Assembly: GCF_937959485.1 (NCBI RefSeq) | Contig: NZ_CALGPY010000006.1 | Span: 29,994 to 93,993 of the forward strand | Direction of reading: 5' to 3' | From: an uncultured Campylobacter sp. | GTDB taxonomy: Bacteria; Campylobacterota; Campylobacteria; Campylobacterales; Campylobacteraceae | DNA length: 64,000 bases | In this document: one piece after another, positions 47,724 through 57,396 of the stretch | How the letters are laid out: each line of letters begins with the position of its first letter | Numbering within the stretch: the stretch's first letter is position 1 | Made by a program: the position numbers and the translations under genes | The notes under the pieces: generated by a model | Databases searched by the model: none | Seen by the model: only the letters and a program-made list of their open reading frames with translations | Told to the model about the DNA's origin: nothing

Positions 47724-48319
47724 TGTCTCTGTCCGCCGTAAAATTTCGCAATAAAGCTAAGCGCAAAAAGAGTGATAATACCTTCCAAAACAGCTAGAAT
47801 CGCGCCTTCGAGCGAGATAAGCGTCGCGATAGCAAAAAACTCCCGCCCGCTGATGAAAAGCACGAGATCAAGAAGCAGCATCGAGCAGACGATCGGCACG
47901 AAGCCCGCCAAAAATAGATAAATTTTTTGCGTGCGCGCTTTTAGCTCTTGCGCTTTTGAGGCGGCGGCAAAGAGCCCGCCCAAAACCGCTGGAAAGCCGA
48001 TGACTGCGGTATTTACGCCGAGCACGCTAAGCCCTCCGAAGCCGAAAAACACCCCTTGCAAAAAAAGCGCGACGAAAATCGCCAAGATCGCGCGCGAGCC
48101 CAAAAACGCGCCCACGAACCCGCTTAGCATCAGGTGCATGGAGCTGACGCCCACGGGCAGGTGCACGAAAGAGGCGACGAAAAACAGCGCGCTAAAACAT
48201 GCGATCCTAGGGATCTCAGACTGCCTTACGCGCCATAAAATCGCCGCTACCGCGGGCGCCGTAACCGCCCAGCCTGCGAGCAGCACGGGCGCGCTCAAAA
48301 CTCCTTCGCTAATGTGCAC
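47720..48319 (-). CDS. cbiM: Ni/Co ECF transporter substrate-specific component (CbiM/NikM)
   Basis: 199 aa. MHISEGVLS N-terminus typical of CbiM/NikM, and polytopic. Confidence 0.9.
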   Translation of the reverse strand: MHISEGVLSAPVLLAGWAVTAPAVAAILWRVRQSEIPRIACFSALFFVASFVHLPVGVSSMHLMLSGFVGAFLGSRAILAIFVALFLQGVFFGFGGLSVLGVNTAVIGFPAVLGGLFAAASKAQELKARTQKIYLFLAGFVPIVCSMLLLDLVLFISGREFFAIATLISLEGAILAVLEGIITLFALSFIAKFYGGQRQ

Positions 48320-49064
48320 GGCTCGCCTCCTTTAAATAGCCCCCGTTTTTCAGATGCGCAAAAACGCGGGATCTAGCTAAATTTGAGGCATTTGCGACCT
48401 TTGTGATAATCGCTTTGATTACTACAGGTCTTGCTTTTACGGCTTTAATCGCGGCAAAATTTGCGGCTGTAAAACTCGCGGCTTGCGTCCTATTTGCGGC
48501 GGCTATTAGCGCAAAACTCGGAGCGGTCTCGGAACCGCTTACGGAACTGGTAAATTTGATAAATTTTACGGCTCGCACGGCGCAAGAATTTTTAATTGCC
48601 GTATTTGCGGAAGCGGCAAGTAGATTTCTCGACGTAAAATTTGAGGCTCCGATCGATCTCGGTGCAACGCTCCCGCGGTAAAACAGAGCCTGCAAAATTT
48701 CAAAAAACGAAATTTTACGTGCTGGTATTTTACGCTCGTAAATCCATGGATATGAAATTTTACGACTCGAAGCTACTAAGAGCGGATTCCTACCAAGCAA
48801 AATTCCACGCAGCAGAGCTCCGTTACTTAAAATTTTACTCGGCGAAATTTTGCTCCGTAAAGTTTTAACCAAACCCCGAGACGCAGACTGTGCGCGGGTG
48901 CAAAACGACAAAATTCTACCCCGTAAAATTTCAGCCGCAGAATTCGCTGGAAATTTTACACCCAAAAGCAAAACGCGCGAAAATAAAATTTCAAAGCCCT
49001 GCCAAAGCGTAAATTTAAATTTATCCGCAGCGACGCAAATTTCGCCAGAAAAAAGAGATCTCAC
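48309..49064 (-). repeat. AAATTT-punctuated repeat DNA filling the nikK-like/cbiM gap; forms a 251-codon open frame of uncertain reality
   Basis: The region is made of irregular (A)AAATTT(T/C)AC units with GC-rich spacers. The ORF starts 12 nt after the upstream stop and ends 11 nt inside the cbiM start. Confidence 0.6.
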
Positions 49065-49076
49065 CGAGCCGCTCCC

Positions 49077-49826
49077 CTATTTTTTCAGCTCGTCTGCTTT
49101 GATCCAAAGCACGGCGCCCAGCTCATTTACGGGCTGCTCGCTTCCTTTGGCGGCTTCCTCCTCGCTAAGAGCCGCAAAGCCCCACCAGCCGGCAACCGGC
49201 ATCACGAAGCTAAACTCGCCCGCGCCGTTGGTTTTAACGACCTGCGTGACATGCGCCTCGCTAGGGGCTTTGTAGCCCTTATCGTTATATAGCTCGATCT
49301 CCACGTCCGCGCCCGGAACGGGCCTTCCGTGCAGTAAAAAAACTCCGCTAAATATCTCTCCCGCATACAGCGCATAAGGCCGCACTAGCGGCACGATCTC
49401 CGCCTCTAGCCCGAGCGGCTTATCCCAGCCTTCGCCCGCGCCGTAAGCATCGACGTAGGTTTTGGTGATATGGCGGATCATCTTGCGCTCGGCCGGCTCG
49501 GCATAGGGTTTCGGATCGAAATAAAACGCCAAAAGCGATGGCTTGTCAGCTTTAAATTCCGCCGCGAAATAGGAATTTTCACCCTTTTTCTGCTCTTTTA
49601 GGCTGCCTAGGAGCGATTTTTTCTCGCCGTCAATAAAAACGCCGAATTCTGTGGGCTTTTGTAGATTCATAGACTCCTGTAAAAACGGATGGGAGAATTC
49701 CAAATTTAGCTTTAAAGTAGCATCTTTTTGATCCTCTACGACATTTTTATCCGTCGTAAGAACGCCAAAATGCGCGAATGCAAGGCTCGCCGCGAAAATT
49801 CCTAAAAAAGCAAATTTTGCCTTCAT
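49077..49826 (-). CDS. DUF4198-type periplasmic Ni/Co uptake component (NikK-like)
   Basis: 249 aa. Signal peptide ending AHFGV and a transthyretin-like C-terminal part. It is the first gene of the Ni/Co ECF operon. Confidence 0.75.
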   Translation of the reverse strand: MKAKFAFLGIFAASLAFAHFGVLTTDKNVVEDQKDATLKLNLEFSHPFLQESMNLQKPTEFGVFIDGEKKSLLGSLKEQKKGENSYFAAEFKADKPSLLAFYFDPKPYAEPAERKMIRHITKTYVDAYGAGEGWDKPLGLEAEIVPLVRPYALYAGEIFSGVFLLHGRPVPGADVEIELYNDKGYKAPSEAHVTQVVKTNGAGEFSFVMPVAGWWGFAALSEEEAAKGSEQPVNELGAVLWIKADELKK

Positions 49827-49966
49827 GTAATACCTTTCATAATAAAATATTACGGAATTGTATCACTTTTTTTCATCCGTATTGCTTAAATGTGGGTTTA
49901 TTTTGAGTATTTAAAGCAAACTTTGGTTAAAATGTCGCAATTTAAATTACCAAAAAGAGGCAGAAA

Positions 49967-51217
49967 ATGATAAATTTAAAACTTATCGAGACGAATTTTG
50001 ACGAATTTAATAAAAAACTCATCGCCAAAAAAGTCCCGCCGCAAACTCTGCAATCGCTACTGGATGCCTACAACGAGCTAAAATCTAAAAAGACGGAGTT
50101 AGAGAATCTTCAAGCCGTGCAAAATGCAAAGAGTAAGGAGCTCGGCCTCGCCGCGCGCGAGGGCAAGGACGTAGGCACGCTAAAATCGCAGCTTGAGGAA
50201 AACAAGCAAAAGATCCAAAGCCTAAGCGAGCTCGTAAATGAGCGCGGGCAGAGCCTAGAAGCGATCGCCGCGTGCGTGCCGAATATCATCGACGACGACG
50301 TGCCGATTGGCGCGGATGAGAGCGAAAACGTCTGTATCAAAAAGGTGCTTGATCCGCGCACGTTCGACTTCGCGCCCAAGCAGCACTTCGAGCTCGGCGA
50401 GGGGCTGAGATGGCTTGATTTCGAGCGCGGCGTCAAACTCAGCGGCAGCCGCTTTACCGCGATCCGCGGGTTGGGCGCAAAACTGAATATGGCTCTCATC
50501 AATTACATGATCGAATTTAACAACTCGCGCGGCTTCGAGCTCGTAAATATGCCGTTTTTGGTGCGCGATCAGATCCTCTACGGCACGGGTCAGCTGCCTA
50601 AATTTAAAGACGACCTCTACCGCGTTGACGACGAGGAGCAAAACCTCTACCTCATCCCTACGAGCGAGGTTACGGCGACGAATCTCTTCAACGATGAAAT
50701 TTTACGCAGCGAGGAGCTGCCGATCAAGCTCACCAGCTACAGCCACTGCTTTCGCAAGGAAGCGGGCTCGGCGGGGCGCGATACGCGCGGCATGATCCGC
50801 CAACACCAGTTCGAAAAGGTCGAGCTCGTCGCAATCACGCGCCCAGAGGATAGCGCAAAGATGCTTGAGGAGATGATTTCATGCGCGAGTGATCTGCTAG
50901 CTAGCCTTGGCCTTCCACACAGACACATGCTGCTTTGCAGCGGCGATCTTGGCTTTAGCGCCGCAAAGACCGTGGATTTGGAGGTTTGGCTGCCAGGGCA
51001 GAACCAATACAGAGAGATCAGCTCGATCAGCAACTGTCGCGATTTTCAGGCGCGCAGAGCCAAGATTCGCTTCAAGGACGGCAAGAAAAATAGCCTCGTT
51101 CACACGCTAAACGGCTCCTCGCTCGCGGTCGGTCGCACGCTGATCGCGGTGATGGAAAACTACCAGCGCAAGGACGGCAGCATCGAAATCCCACGCGTTT
51201 TAGAAAAATATATGTAG
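49967..51217 (+). CDS. serS: serine--tRNA ligase
   Basis: 416 aa. N-terminal coiled-coil arm plus class II motifs ([45 protein letters not shown]). Confidence 0.97.
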   Translation: MINLKLIETNFDEFNKKLIAKKVPPQTLQSLLDAYNELKSKKTELENLQAVQNAKSKELGLAAREGKDVGTLKSQLEENKQKIQSLSELVNERGQSLEAIAACVPNIIDDDVPIGADESENVCIKKVLDPRTFDFAPKQHFELGEGLRWLDFERGVKLSGSRFTAIRGLGAKLNMALINYMIEFNNSRGFELVNMPFLVRDQILYGTGQLPKFKDDLYRVDDEEQNLYLIPTSEVTATNLFNDEILRSEELPIKLTSYSHCFRKEAGSAGRDTRGMIRQHQFEKVELVAITRPEDSAKMLEEMISCASDLLASLGLPHRHMLLCSGDLGFSAAKTVDLEVWLPGQNQYREISSISNCRDFQARRAKIRFKDGKKNSLVHTLNGSSLAVGRTLIAVMENYQRKDGSIEIPRVLEKYM

Positions 51218-51224
51218 GCGGCCC

Positions 51225-51632
51225 GTGCGAAAGCCTTACAAAAACCCAAATTCTAACGCCCGCTTCGCAACCGCTGGATTTTGCGCGATAAAATTTAGAA
51301 AGCGCGGCGTTAAATTTTATGAAGCTAGATTGCGCGAGACGGATTTTTTAACTCGCGCGGCAGAATTGTACGGCACGAAATTTCACGAGATAAAGCTCCA
51401 GACGCCAAATTCAGAGCTTAAAATGAAATTTAGCAAAGTGAAATTTGGCGGGGTAAAATTCCGCGGCGGCGCGCTTTTAAAATTTGCCGCCGCAAAAGGG
51501 CTACGACGCAGTCATAGCCTTTACGCCGCCACGCCCTTTAAATTTATCGCGCTGCAAAACGCAGGATTTTTTGCAACAAAATTTGGCGAAGCGGAATTTT
51601 GCGGCGCGAAACGGCGCGGAGCGGGCGCGTGA
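51225..51632 (+). repeat. repeat DNA filling the serS-nadD gap; forms a 135-codon open frame with 15-nt (5-codon) periodicity in part
   Basis: GTG lies 8 nt after the serS stop. The TGA overlaps the nadD GTG (GTGA). It contains AAATTTAGCAAAGTG AAATTTGGCGGGGTA AAATTCCGCGGCGGC. Confidence 0.55.
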
Positions 51633-52993
51633 AGATCGCGCTTTTCGGCGGCAGTTTCGATCCGCCGCATGCAGGACACGACGCCGCGGTGAAGGCGATC
51701 TTATCCAGCCTGAAGCCCGACTTGCTGATCATAATGCCGTCGTTTCTAAACCCGTTTAAAAAGAGTTTTTCGGCGCCTCCGCAGCTGCGGCTCAGATGGT
51801 GCCGCGCGCTGTGGAACGACGCCCCGGGCGTGGAGATAAGCGATTATGAAATTTCGCAAAACCGCCCGGTACCCACGATACAAAGCGTGAAATTTCTGCT
51901 CGAAAAATACGGCGGAAACAGCAAAATCGCGGCAGAGACGGCAGCCGCGACGAGCGAAACCCAAAGCGCGGATAAAATTTCAAGCGCCGCTTCAAGCAGA
52001 GCGTCCGGCGCCGTCATGAGAGAAATTTCAAACTCCGTCGGGGATAAAATTTCGAGCGCAAGCAAAATTCCGAGCGCTGCCCGAAATGAAATTTCAAATG
52101 CAAGCGAAATTACAGTAACAGATGAAATTTCATGTGCTGTCAGGAACGAAATTTCAGACGTTGTCAAAATTCCAGGTGCTGTCGAGAGTGAAATTTTAAA
52201 CGCCGTCACAGGCAAAATTTCAAGCTTCGTCAAAGCCTCAAGTGCCGTTGGAGACGAAATTTCAAATGTAAACAAAATTCCAAGCGGTAATGCAAATTGC
52301 ATGGCTGATACAGATGACGCGAATTTCGTGGGTAGCGCAAATAGTGCCGGTGACACAGGCGGCGTAAATGACGCGGATAATGCGAGCGGCGCAGACACCG
52401 CACCAAAGCTCTACATCGTCGTGGGTGCCGACAACATGGCCGAGCTTCATAAATGGCGAGATTTTAGCGAACTGCAGAAATTGGCGGAGTTTATCGTGCT
52501 TACGAGGCCCGGCTACGAGATCCCGCGGCAGTGGGCGGGCCTAAGGCGGATCGAGATTGCCGTAGATGCGAGCTCAAGCGGTTTTAGGCGAGATTTCAAA
52601 GGCGAAATCCCGCCCAAGATCGCAGCAGAGGTCATAAAATTTTATAAAAGGAAAGATATGCAAGATCCAAAGCAAAGGGCAGAAAAGATCGCCGAAATTT
52701 TAAACGAAAAGAAAGCCGAAGACGTCCAGATCATCGATATGGAGGGGCGCGAATATATCGCGAAATTCGTAGTTATCGCCACTATGCTGACCGCCCGCCA
52801 CGCAGCCTCGCTCATCGAGGAGCTAAAAAGCGTGCTCAAGCCGCTCGGCGAGGAGTTTTTGGCTATCGAAAGCGGCGATGAGTGGAGCGTCGTCGATCTC
52901 GGCGACATCATAGTCCATCTCATCAGCGAGGCTTACCGCGCCAAATACAATATCGAGGACTTCCTCGACAAGCTCAAAAAAGAGCAATTTTAA
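51629..52993 (+). CDS. nadD: nicotinate-nucleotide adenylyltransferase fused in frame to the ribosome silencing factor RsfS, with a repeat insertion of about 160 aa inside NadD
   Basis: VKIALFGGSFDPPHAGH (start GTG 51629) ... VPTIQSVKFL ... [insert] ... LYIVVGADNMAELHKW. Then, with no stop, MQDPKQRAEKIAEILNEKKAEDVQIIDM...WSVVDLGDIIVHL, which is RsfS-like. Confidence 0.85.
   Translation: MKIALFGGSFDPPHAGHDAAVKAILSSLKPDLLIIMPSFLNPFKKSFSAPPQLRLRWCRALWNDAPGVEISDYEISQNRPVPTIQSVKFLLEKYGGNSKIAAETAAATSETQSADKISSAASSRASGAVMREISNSVGDKISSASKIPSAARNEISNASEITVTDEISCAVRNEISDVVKIPGAVESEILNAVTGKISSFVKASSAVGDEISNVNKIPSGNANCMADTDDANFVGSANSAGDTGGVNDADNASGADTAPKLYIVVGADNMAELHKWRDFSELQKLAEFIVLTRPGYEIPRQWAGLRRIEIAVDASSSGFRRDFKGEIPPKIAAEVIKFYKRKDMQDPKQRAEKIAEILNEKKAEDVQIIDMEGREYIAKFVVIATMLTARHAASLIEELKSVLKPLGEEFLAIESGDEWSVVDLGDIIVHLISEAYRAKYNIEDFLDKLKKEQF
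52022..52290 (+). repeat. in-frame degenerate tandem repeat inside nadD, with units of 18, 24 or 42 nt each starting (G/A)AAATT(T/C/A)
   Basis: I parsed 12 consecutive units by eye. Every unit length is a multiple of 3. They encode (E/K)I(S/P)... repeats. Confidence 0.8.
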
Positions 52994-53002
52994 GGAGGGA
53001 GC

Positions 53003-54370
53003 GTGCCGAGACAGACCTGGAGCAGCAAGCTCACATATATCTTAACCGTCGCAGGCGCCACGATCGGCTTTGGCTGCACGTGGCGGTTTCCGTATTTAGT
53101 CGGGCAAAACGGCGGCGGCGCCTACGTGCTCATATTTTGCATCGCGATGATCGTGCTTGGAATCCCGATGATCTTGGTAGAAAACGTCATCGGACGCCGC
53201 GCGCTAAGAAACTGCGTCGATGCCTTCGCAGCGCCTAAAAAGGACGGCTCGCGCATAAAGCCGGCATGGAAGATCGTAGGCATCATGGGCGTAATCGGTG
53301 CGTTTGGAATTTTAGCCTACTATATGGTTCTCGGCGGCTGGGTGCTAACCTATATCGTAAACATCGTAAGCGGCAACTTCGACCTCTCCGCGCGGATCAC
53401 CGACCCCGCATTTACGCAGAAATTCTACGCAGATCACATCGAAAATAGCCCGCTTAGCGTCGGCGGCTACACGATCGTTTTCATAGCGATCAACTGGTAC
53501 ATTTTGAAAAACGGCATCATCGAGGGGATTGAAAAATTCGTAAAATTTCTAATGCCCGCGCTATTTTTATGCTTCATCGCAGTGATCCTTACAAATTTAA
53601 CGCTTGAAGGGGCAAAGGAGGGCGTGAAATTTTACCTCAGCGTTGATTTTGCAAAGATCACGCCTAAGCTTTTGATCGACGTTTTGGGACAGGTCTTTTT
53701 CGCGCTCTCGCTCGGATTCGGCGTGATGATCACGCTGTCGAGCTTCCTTAATAAAGACGAGAAGCTGATGCAAACAGCCACCATCACCGCAGTCGTAAAC
53801 ACCCTCATCGCCGTGCTTGCGGGCTTTATGATCTTCCCATCGCTCTTTAGCGCAGGGCTTGAGCCGAGCAGCGGCTCGTCGCTGGTTTTTAAAAGCCTTC
53901 CGATCGCGTTTTCGCATATGCCGTTCGGCAACGCCGTCGCGGTGGTCTTTCTCTCGATTTTACTCATCGCCGCACTTACGACATCGATCACGATCTATCA
54001 GGTCATCATAAATTTCGTCGAGGAGCGCTTCGGCTTTTCAACGTTAAAGGCGGTAAATTTAACGCTCGGCGGCGTCTTCGTGCTCGGCAACCTGCCCTGC
54101 ATACTCTCAAGCAGCGTGCTTGCGGACGTTAAAATTCTAGGGCGCTCGGTTTTCGATGCCTTCGACTTCGTAAGCGCGAACGTCTTTTTCGTGCTAACGG
54201 CGCTTCTGTGCTGCATCTACGTGGGCTGGGTGCTGAAAAAGGATGCGATCTACGAGCTCACCAACGAAGGCGATCTAAGCGCGCGGCTCGCGGGAGTTTG
54301 GTTTTTGTACGTCAAATTTATCCTGCCGCTGATCATCGCGGTGATCTTCGGATACGGGATTTTCGGCTAA
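53003..54370 (+). CDS. sodium-dependent transporter, neurotransmitter:sodium symporter (SNF/NSS) family
   Basis: 455 aa. WSSKLTYILTVAGATIGFGCTWRFPYLVGQNGGGAYV and about 11-12 TM segments. Confidence 0.9.
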   Translation: MPRQTWSSKLTYILTVAGATIGFGCTWRFPYLVGQNGGGAYVLIFCIAMIVLGIPMILVENVIGRRALRNCVDAFAAPKKDGSRIKPAWKIVGIMGVIGAFGILAYYMVLGGWVLTYIVNIVSGNFDLSARITDPAFTQKFYADHIENSPLSVGGYTIVFIAINWYILKNGIIEGIEKFVKFLMPALFLCFIAVILTNLTLEGAKEGVKFYLSVDFAKITPKLLIDVLGQVFFALSLGFGVMITLSSFLNKDEKLMQTATITAVVNTLIAVLAGFMIFPSLFSAGLEPSSGSSLVFKSLPIAFSHMPFGNAVAVVFLSILLIAALTTSITIYQVIINFVEERFGFSTLKAVNLTLGGVFVLGNLPCILSSSVLADVKILGRSVFDAFDFVSANVFFVLTALLCCIYVGWVLKKDAIYELTNEGDLSARLAGVWFLYVKFILPLIIAVIFGYGIFG

Positions 54371-54653
54371 ATTTAAAACCGCGAGAGTTTTAAATTTTAA
54401 ATTTGCCCGCGGCGGTGCGGCTCACTTCGCCGCAATATATTTTATGCCAAGGCGCGATAGAATTTTAAAATTTCATTCGTTCCGTTGCATACGCTGCGGC
54501 GTGAGCTTTTACGCAGTGCGGCACATTGTATTGAAACTTGCGGCACGGCGGTCCTGCGACTAGGTGCGAGACACTGCACCGCAGTTATAATATAAATTCA
54601 GCGCAGGCGTAGCCTGCCCCTTGTAAAGCGTCGTCGGGGGTTAGGTGGGGTTT

Positions 54654-54701
54654 GGGGCGGGAAGGGGAGCGACCTCGCAATTCAAGCCCCCTTCCCGCCC
54701 C
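54654..54701. repeat. perfect 14-bp GC-rich inverted repeat (GGGGCGGGAAGGGG ... CCCCTTCCCGCCCC) with a 20-nt loop
   Basis: Read directly from the sequence. It lies in the 524-nt intergenic region between the NSS transporter and the LysE gene, and has no U-tail. Confidence 0.8.
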
Positions 54702-54894
54702 ATAGAAAGCTTTGACGCGTCTAGCGAAGCGGACGTCAGAATTTTAAAATTTTATCTACGCGCGCCGTGCAAGCGTGATGACAAGCGCAAAAGTGCGCGG
54801 CGGAATTTTAAAATTTCACTCGCCGCGGCACCTTAAAATTTCCGCGACAGGCGCGCGATAAATTTAAAATTTAGCCGCAATTTAGAGGTTTGCA

Positions 54895-55476
54895 ATGCTT
54901 TTGTTTTTCCTTACGATCTTTCCGATATCGCTGATGCCAGGCATCAACATGACCTATGCGCTAAATCTCGGCATCGCGCGCGGCTATCTTGGGGCGCTGC
55001 CTGCGTTGCTGGCGCAGGTGCTGGGCGTTGCAGCCGTGGCGCTTGCGTGTGTATTCGGCGTCGCGGGTATTCTGCTTGCGCACCCTGCGGCGCTTAGCGC
55101 GATTAAAATTTTAGGCGGCGCGTATATTTTCTATCTGGGCGTCGCGACCTTTTTAGCGCGCGGAAATTTTAAGCTGCAAAAACAAAAACGCAGCGAAAAT
55201 ATCTTCTTCCAAGGCCTCGTAGTCGCGGTCTCAAACCCCAAGGCGTGGATATTTTTTACCGCGCTCTTTCCGCCGTTTTTGGACGCGGACAATCTTTTCG
55301 GCGCGCGCACCTTCGCCCTCGTCGCTACGCTGTGCGTAAGCGAAAGCATCTGCCTTAGCATCTACGCGCTAGGCGGAGCGGTGCTAAAAAATCTTCTGAA
55401 AACCCACCTGAAATACCTCGAAATTTTCTGCTCGGTGCTGATGTGTGCGATCGGGCTTTGGATGATTTTGGGCTAA
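54895..55476 (+). CDS. LysE/RhtB family amino-acid exporter
   Basis: 193 aa, six TM segments. PGINMTYAL...NPKAWIFF. Confidence 0.85.
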   Translation: MLLFFLTIFPISLMPGINMTYALNLGIARGYLGALPALLAQVLGVAAVALACVFGVAGILLAHPAALSAIKILGGAYIFYLGVATFLARGNFKLQKQKRSENIFFQGLVVAVSNPKAWIFFTALFPPFLDADNLFGARTFALVATLCVSESICLSIYALGGAVLKNLLKTHLKYLEIFCSVLMCAIGLWMILG

Positions 55477-55782
55477 AATTTTGATTAAATTTAGCGCTCG
55501 AGTTTTGATGAAATTTTAAATTTAAAAGATAGATTGAAAAGCGGTATTGCTACGGCTAAATCTCAAGAAAAGCTCTTAAAATTTAGCCGCTAGCTCTGAA
55601 TTAAAATTTTAAGCGATCGGTTGCGTGCAGTAAGCGCCGCAGCGATTATCGTCTAGGGTCGCTTGCGGTGCGTCTAAGCGATTTGCGGGCGATGATTCTT
55701 ATCCGCAAGCGAACGGACGTCGCGTTGGCTTTGTGAAGCATCACCGCATCCGTTCGCGCCGCATCCGCTTAAATTTTAAAAT

Positions 55783-56406
55783 TTAATCTCTGCCGTGAAG
55801 CTCGTCTATATAAAATTTCACAGAGCCGAGACCCTCTTTTTTAGCCCATTCGTAGGCGCTTGAGACGAACTCCCAGTTGATGCCTGCGTAGAATTTCTCC
55901 AGATATTTCGGGCGCGCATTGTACTCGTCGATGTAATACGCGTGCTCCCAAACGTCCACGACTAGAAGCGGCACGAGCCCTTCGGTCACCGGCGTAGCGG
56001 CATTTTGGGTCGCTTTGATGCAAAGCTTGCCCGATTTCGGATCGTAAGCGAGCCACACCCAGCCCGAGCCGAAATGCGCCGTAGCGGCAGCCAAAAACTC
56101 GCTTTTAAAATCCGCAAAATTTTCCGCTAGCGCCGATTTTAGCTCCGCAGACGGCTCGCTAGGCTTTGCGATGCAATCCCAGTAAAAATCGTGGTTGTAA
56201 ACCTGCGCTGCGTTGTTAAAAAGCCCGCCGTTAGCCGCCGTTACGATCTCGTAAAGCCCCTTGCCTGCAAACTCGCCCGATTCGGTAAGTTTATTTAAAT
56301 TTGCCACGTAAGTAGCGTGGTGCTTGCCATGGTGATAATCACAGGTTTGCTTGCTTACGACCGCGTTGTGCGCCGCATCGAACGGCAACTCTCTAAGTTT
56401 AAACAT
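55783..56406 (-). CDS. sodB: Fe superoxide dismutase
   Basis: 207 aa. HHGKHH, FNNAAQVYNHDFYW, DVWEHAYY. Confidence 0.95.
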   Translation of the reverse strand: MFKLRELPFDAAHNAVVSKQTCDYHHGKHHATYVANLNKLTESGEFAGKGLYEIVTAANGGLFNNAAQVYNHDFYWDCIAKPSEPSAELKSALAENFADFKSEFLAAATAHFGSGWVWLAYDPKSGKLCIKATQNAATPVTEGLVPLLVVDVWEHAYYIDEYNARPKYLEKFYAGINWEFVSSAYEWAKKEGLGSVKFYIDELHGRD

Positions 56407-56559
56407 CTTTCTCTCCTTGAAATGAATTTTTAAGCGATTATAACCTAAAATTTCTAAATGATTAATAAAATTTATTATTTAGGATTAATTTTAAGATGAA
56501 TTTCAATCTAAGCTCGCTCCTGTTATAATAGCGCTTCAAATTTAAAATTTAGGCGGTTT

Positions 56560-56871
56560 ATGAACACCAAAGGCTTTGTTTTCATCCTCATCGGAGCGTT
56601 TTTTGAATGCGGCTGGGCTTACGGACTTAAGCACGCTGCTAGTGCGTACGATTGGATACTAACCGCCACCTGCGTAATTGCGAGCTTTTTTATATTTATG
56701 CTTGCTTTAAAATACGTCGGCGCGGCGCTCGCATACATCCTATACACGGGGCTCGGCACGATCGGCGCTGTGATCCTAGGCGTATTCATCCACCGCGAGA
56801 AAATTTCTGCGCACAAAGCGCCCCTCTTATTTCTCATAATTTCAAGCGCCGTGATGTTTAAATTAATTTAG
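56560..56871 (+). CDS. SMR family small multidrug/guanidinium exporter (SugE/Gdx-like)
   Basis: 103 aa, four TM segments, with the conserved membrane Glu in GAFFECGWAYGLK. Confidence 0.85.
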   Translation: MNTKGFVFILIGAFFECGWAYGLKHAASAYDWILTATCVIASFFIFMLALKYVGAALAYILYTGLGTIGAVILGVFIHREKISAHKAPLLFLIISSAVMFKLI

Positions 56872-56924
56872 AATTTTGGCGAATTTAGCTAAGCTTAGCG
56901 CTAAATTTAACGCAAAGGAAAATC

Positions 56925-57395
56925 ATGAAAATCATCGAAGGCTCGCTTGCTCTTAAAGGCAGCGAAAAAATTCTAATCATCAACGCCCGCTTCAACCACA
57001 TCATCACCGATCGCCTAGTCGAAGGGGCGCACGATGCGTTTTTGCGCCACGGCGGCAAGGAGGAAAATTTAAGCCTGATGCTTGTTCCTGGCGCTTTTGA
57101 GATCCCGATCGCGCTTGAAAAGGCGCTATCTTCCAAGCTCTACGACGCCGTCGTCTGCCTAGGCGCGGTTATCCGCGGCTCTACACCACATTTTGACTAC
57201 GTAAGCGCCGAGGTAAGCAAAGGCATCGCGAGCACCATGCTAAAATACGGCGCTCCCGTAACTTTCGGCGTGCTGACTACTGATAATATCGAGCAAGCGA
57301 TCGAGCGAGCAGGCGCAAAGGCCGGTAACAAGGGCTTTGAAGCGATGAGTGGCGCGATCGAGCTTCTAAGTCTATTTCGCAACATAAAGGCTTAA
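56925..57395 (+). CDS. ribH: 6,7-dimethyl-8-ribityllumazine synthase
   Basis: 156 aa. [27 protein letters not shown]. Confidence 0.95.
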   Translation: MKIIEGSLALKGSEKILIINARFNHIITDRLVEGAHDAFLRHGGKEENLSLMLVPGAFEIPIALEKALSSKLYDAVVCLGAVIRGSTPHFDYVSAEVSKGIASTMLKYGAPVTFGVLTTDNIEQAIERAGAKAGNKGFEAMSGAIELLSLFRNIKA

Positions 57396-57396
57396 A

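Noticed and set aside
48403-48868. Plus-strand ORFs (92 aa and 75 aa) in the nikK-cbiM gap
   Set aside because: They lie antisense to the operon within repeat DNA, with no ribosome-binding site and low-complexity translation. The operon-strand bridging frame is the only one with positional logic.
51844-52398. 184-aa ORF antisense to the nadD insertion, plus similar antisense or alternate-frame ORFs at 62876-63577, 63072-63383, 18973-19284 and 44011-44352
   Set aside because: All of them lie within the low-complexity in-frame inserts of recognisable housekeeping genes. The repeat composition keeps several frames open, and nothing supports independent genes.
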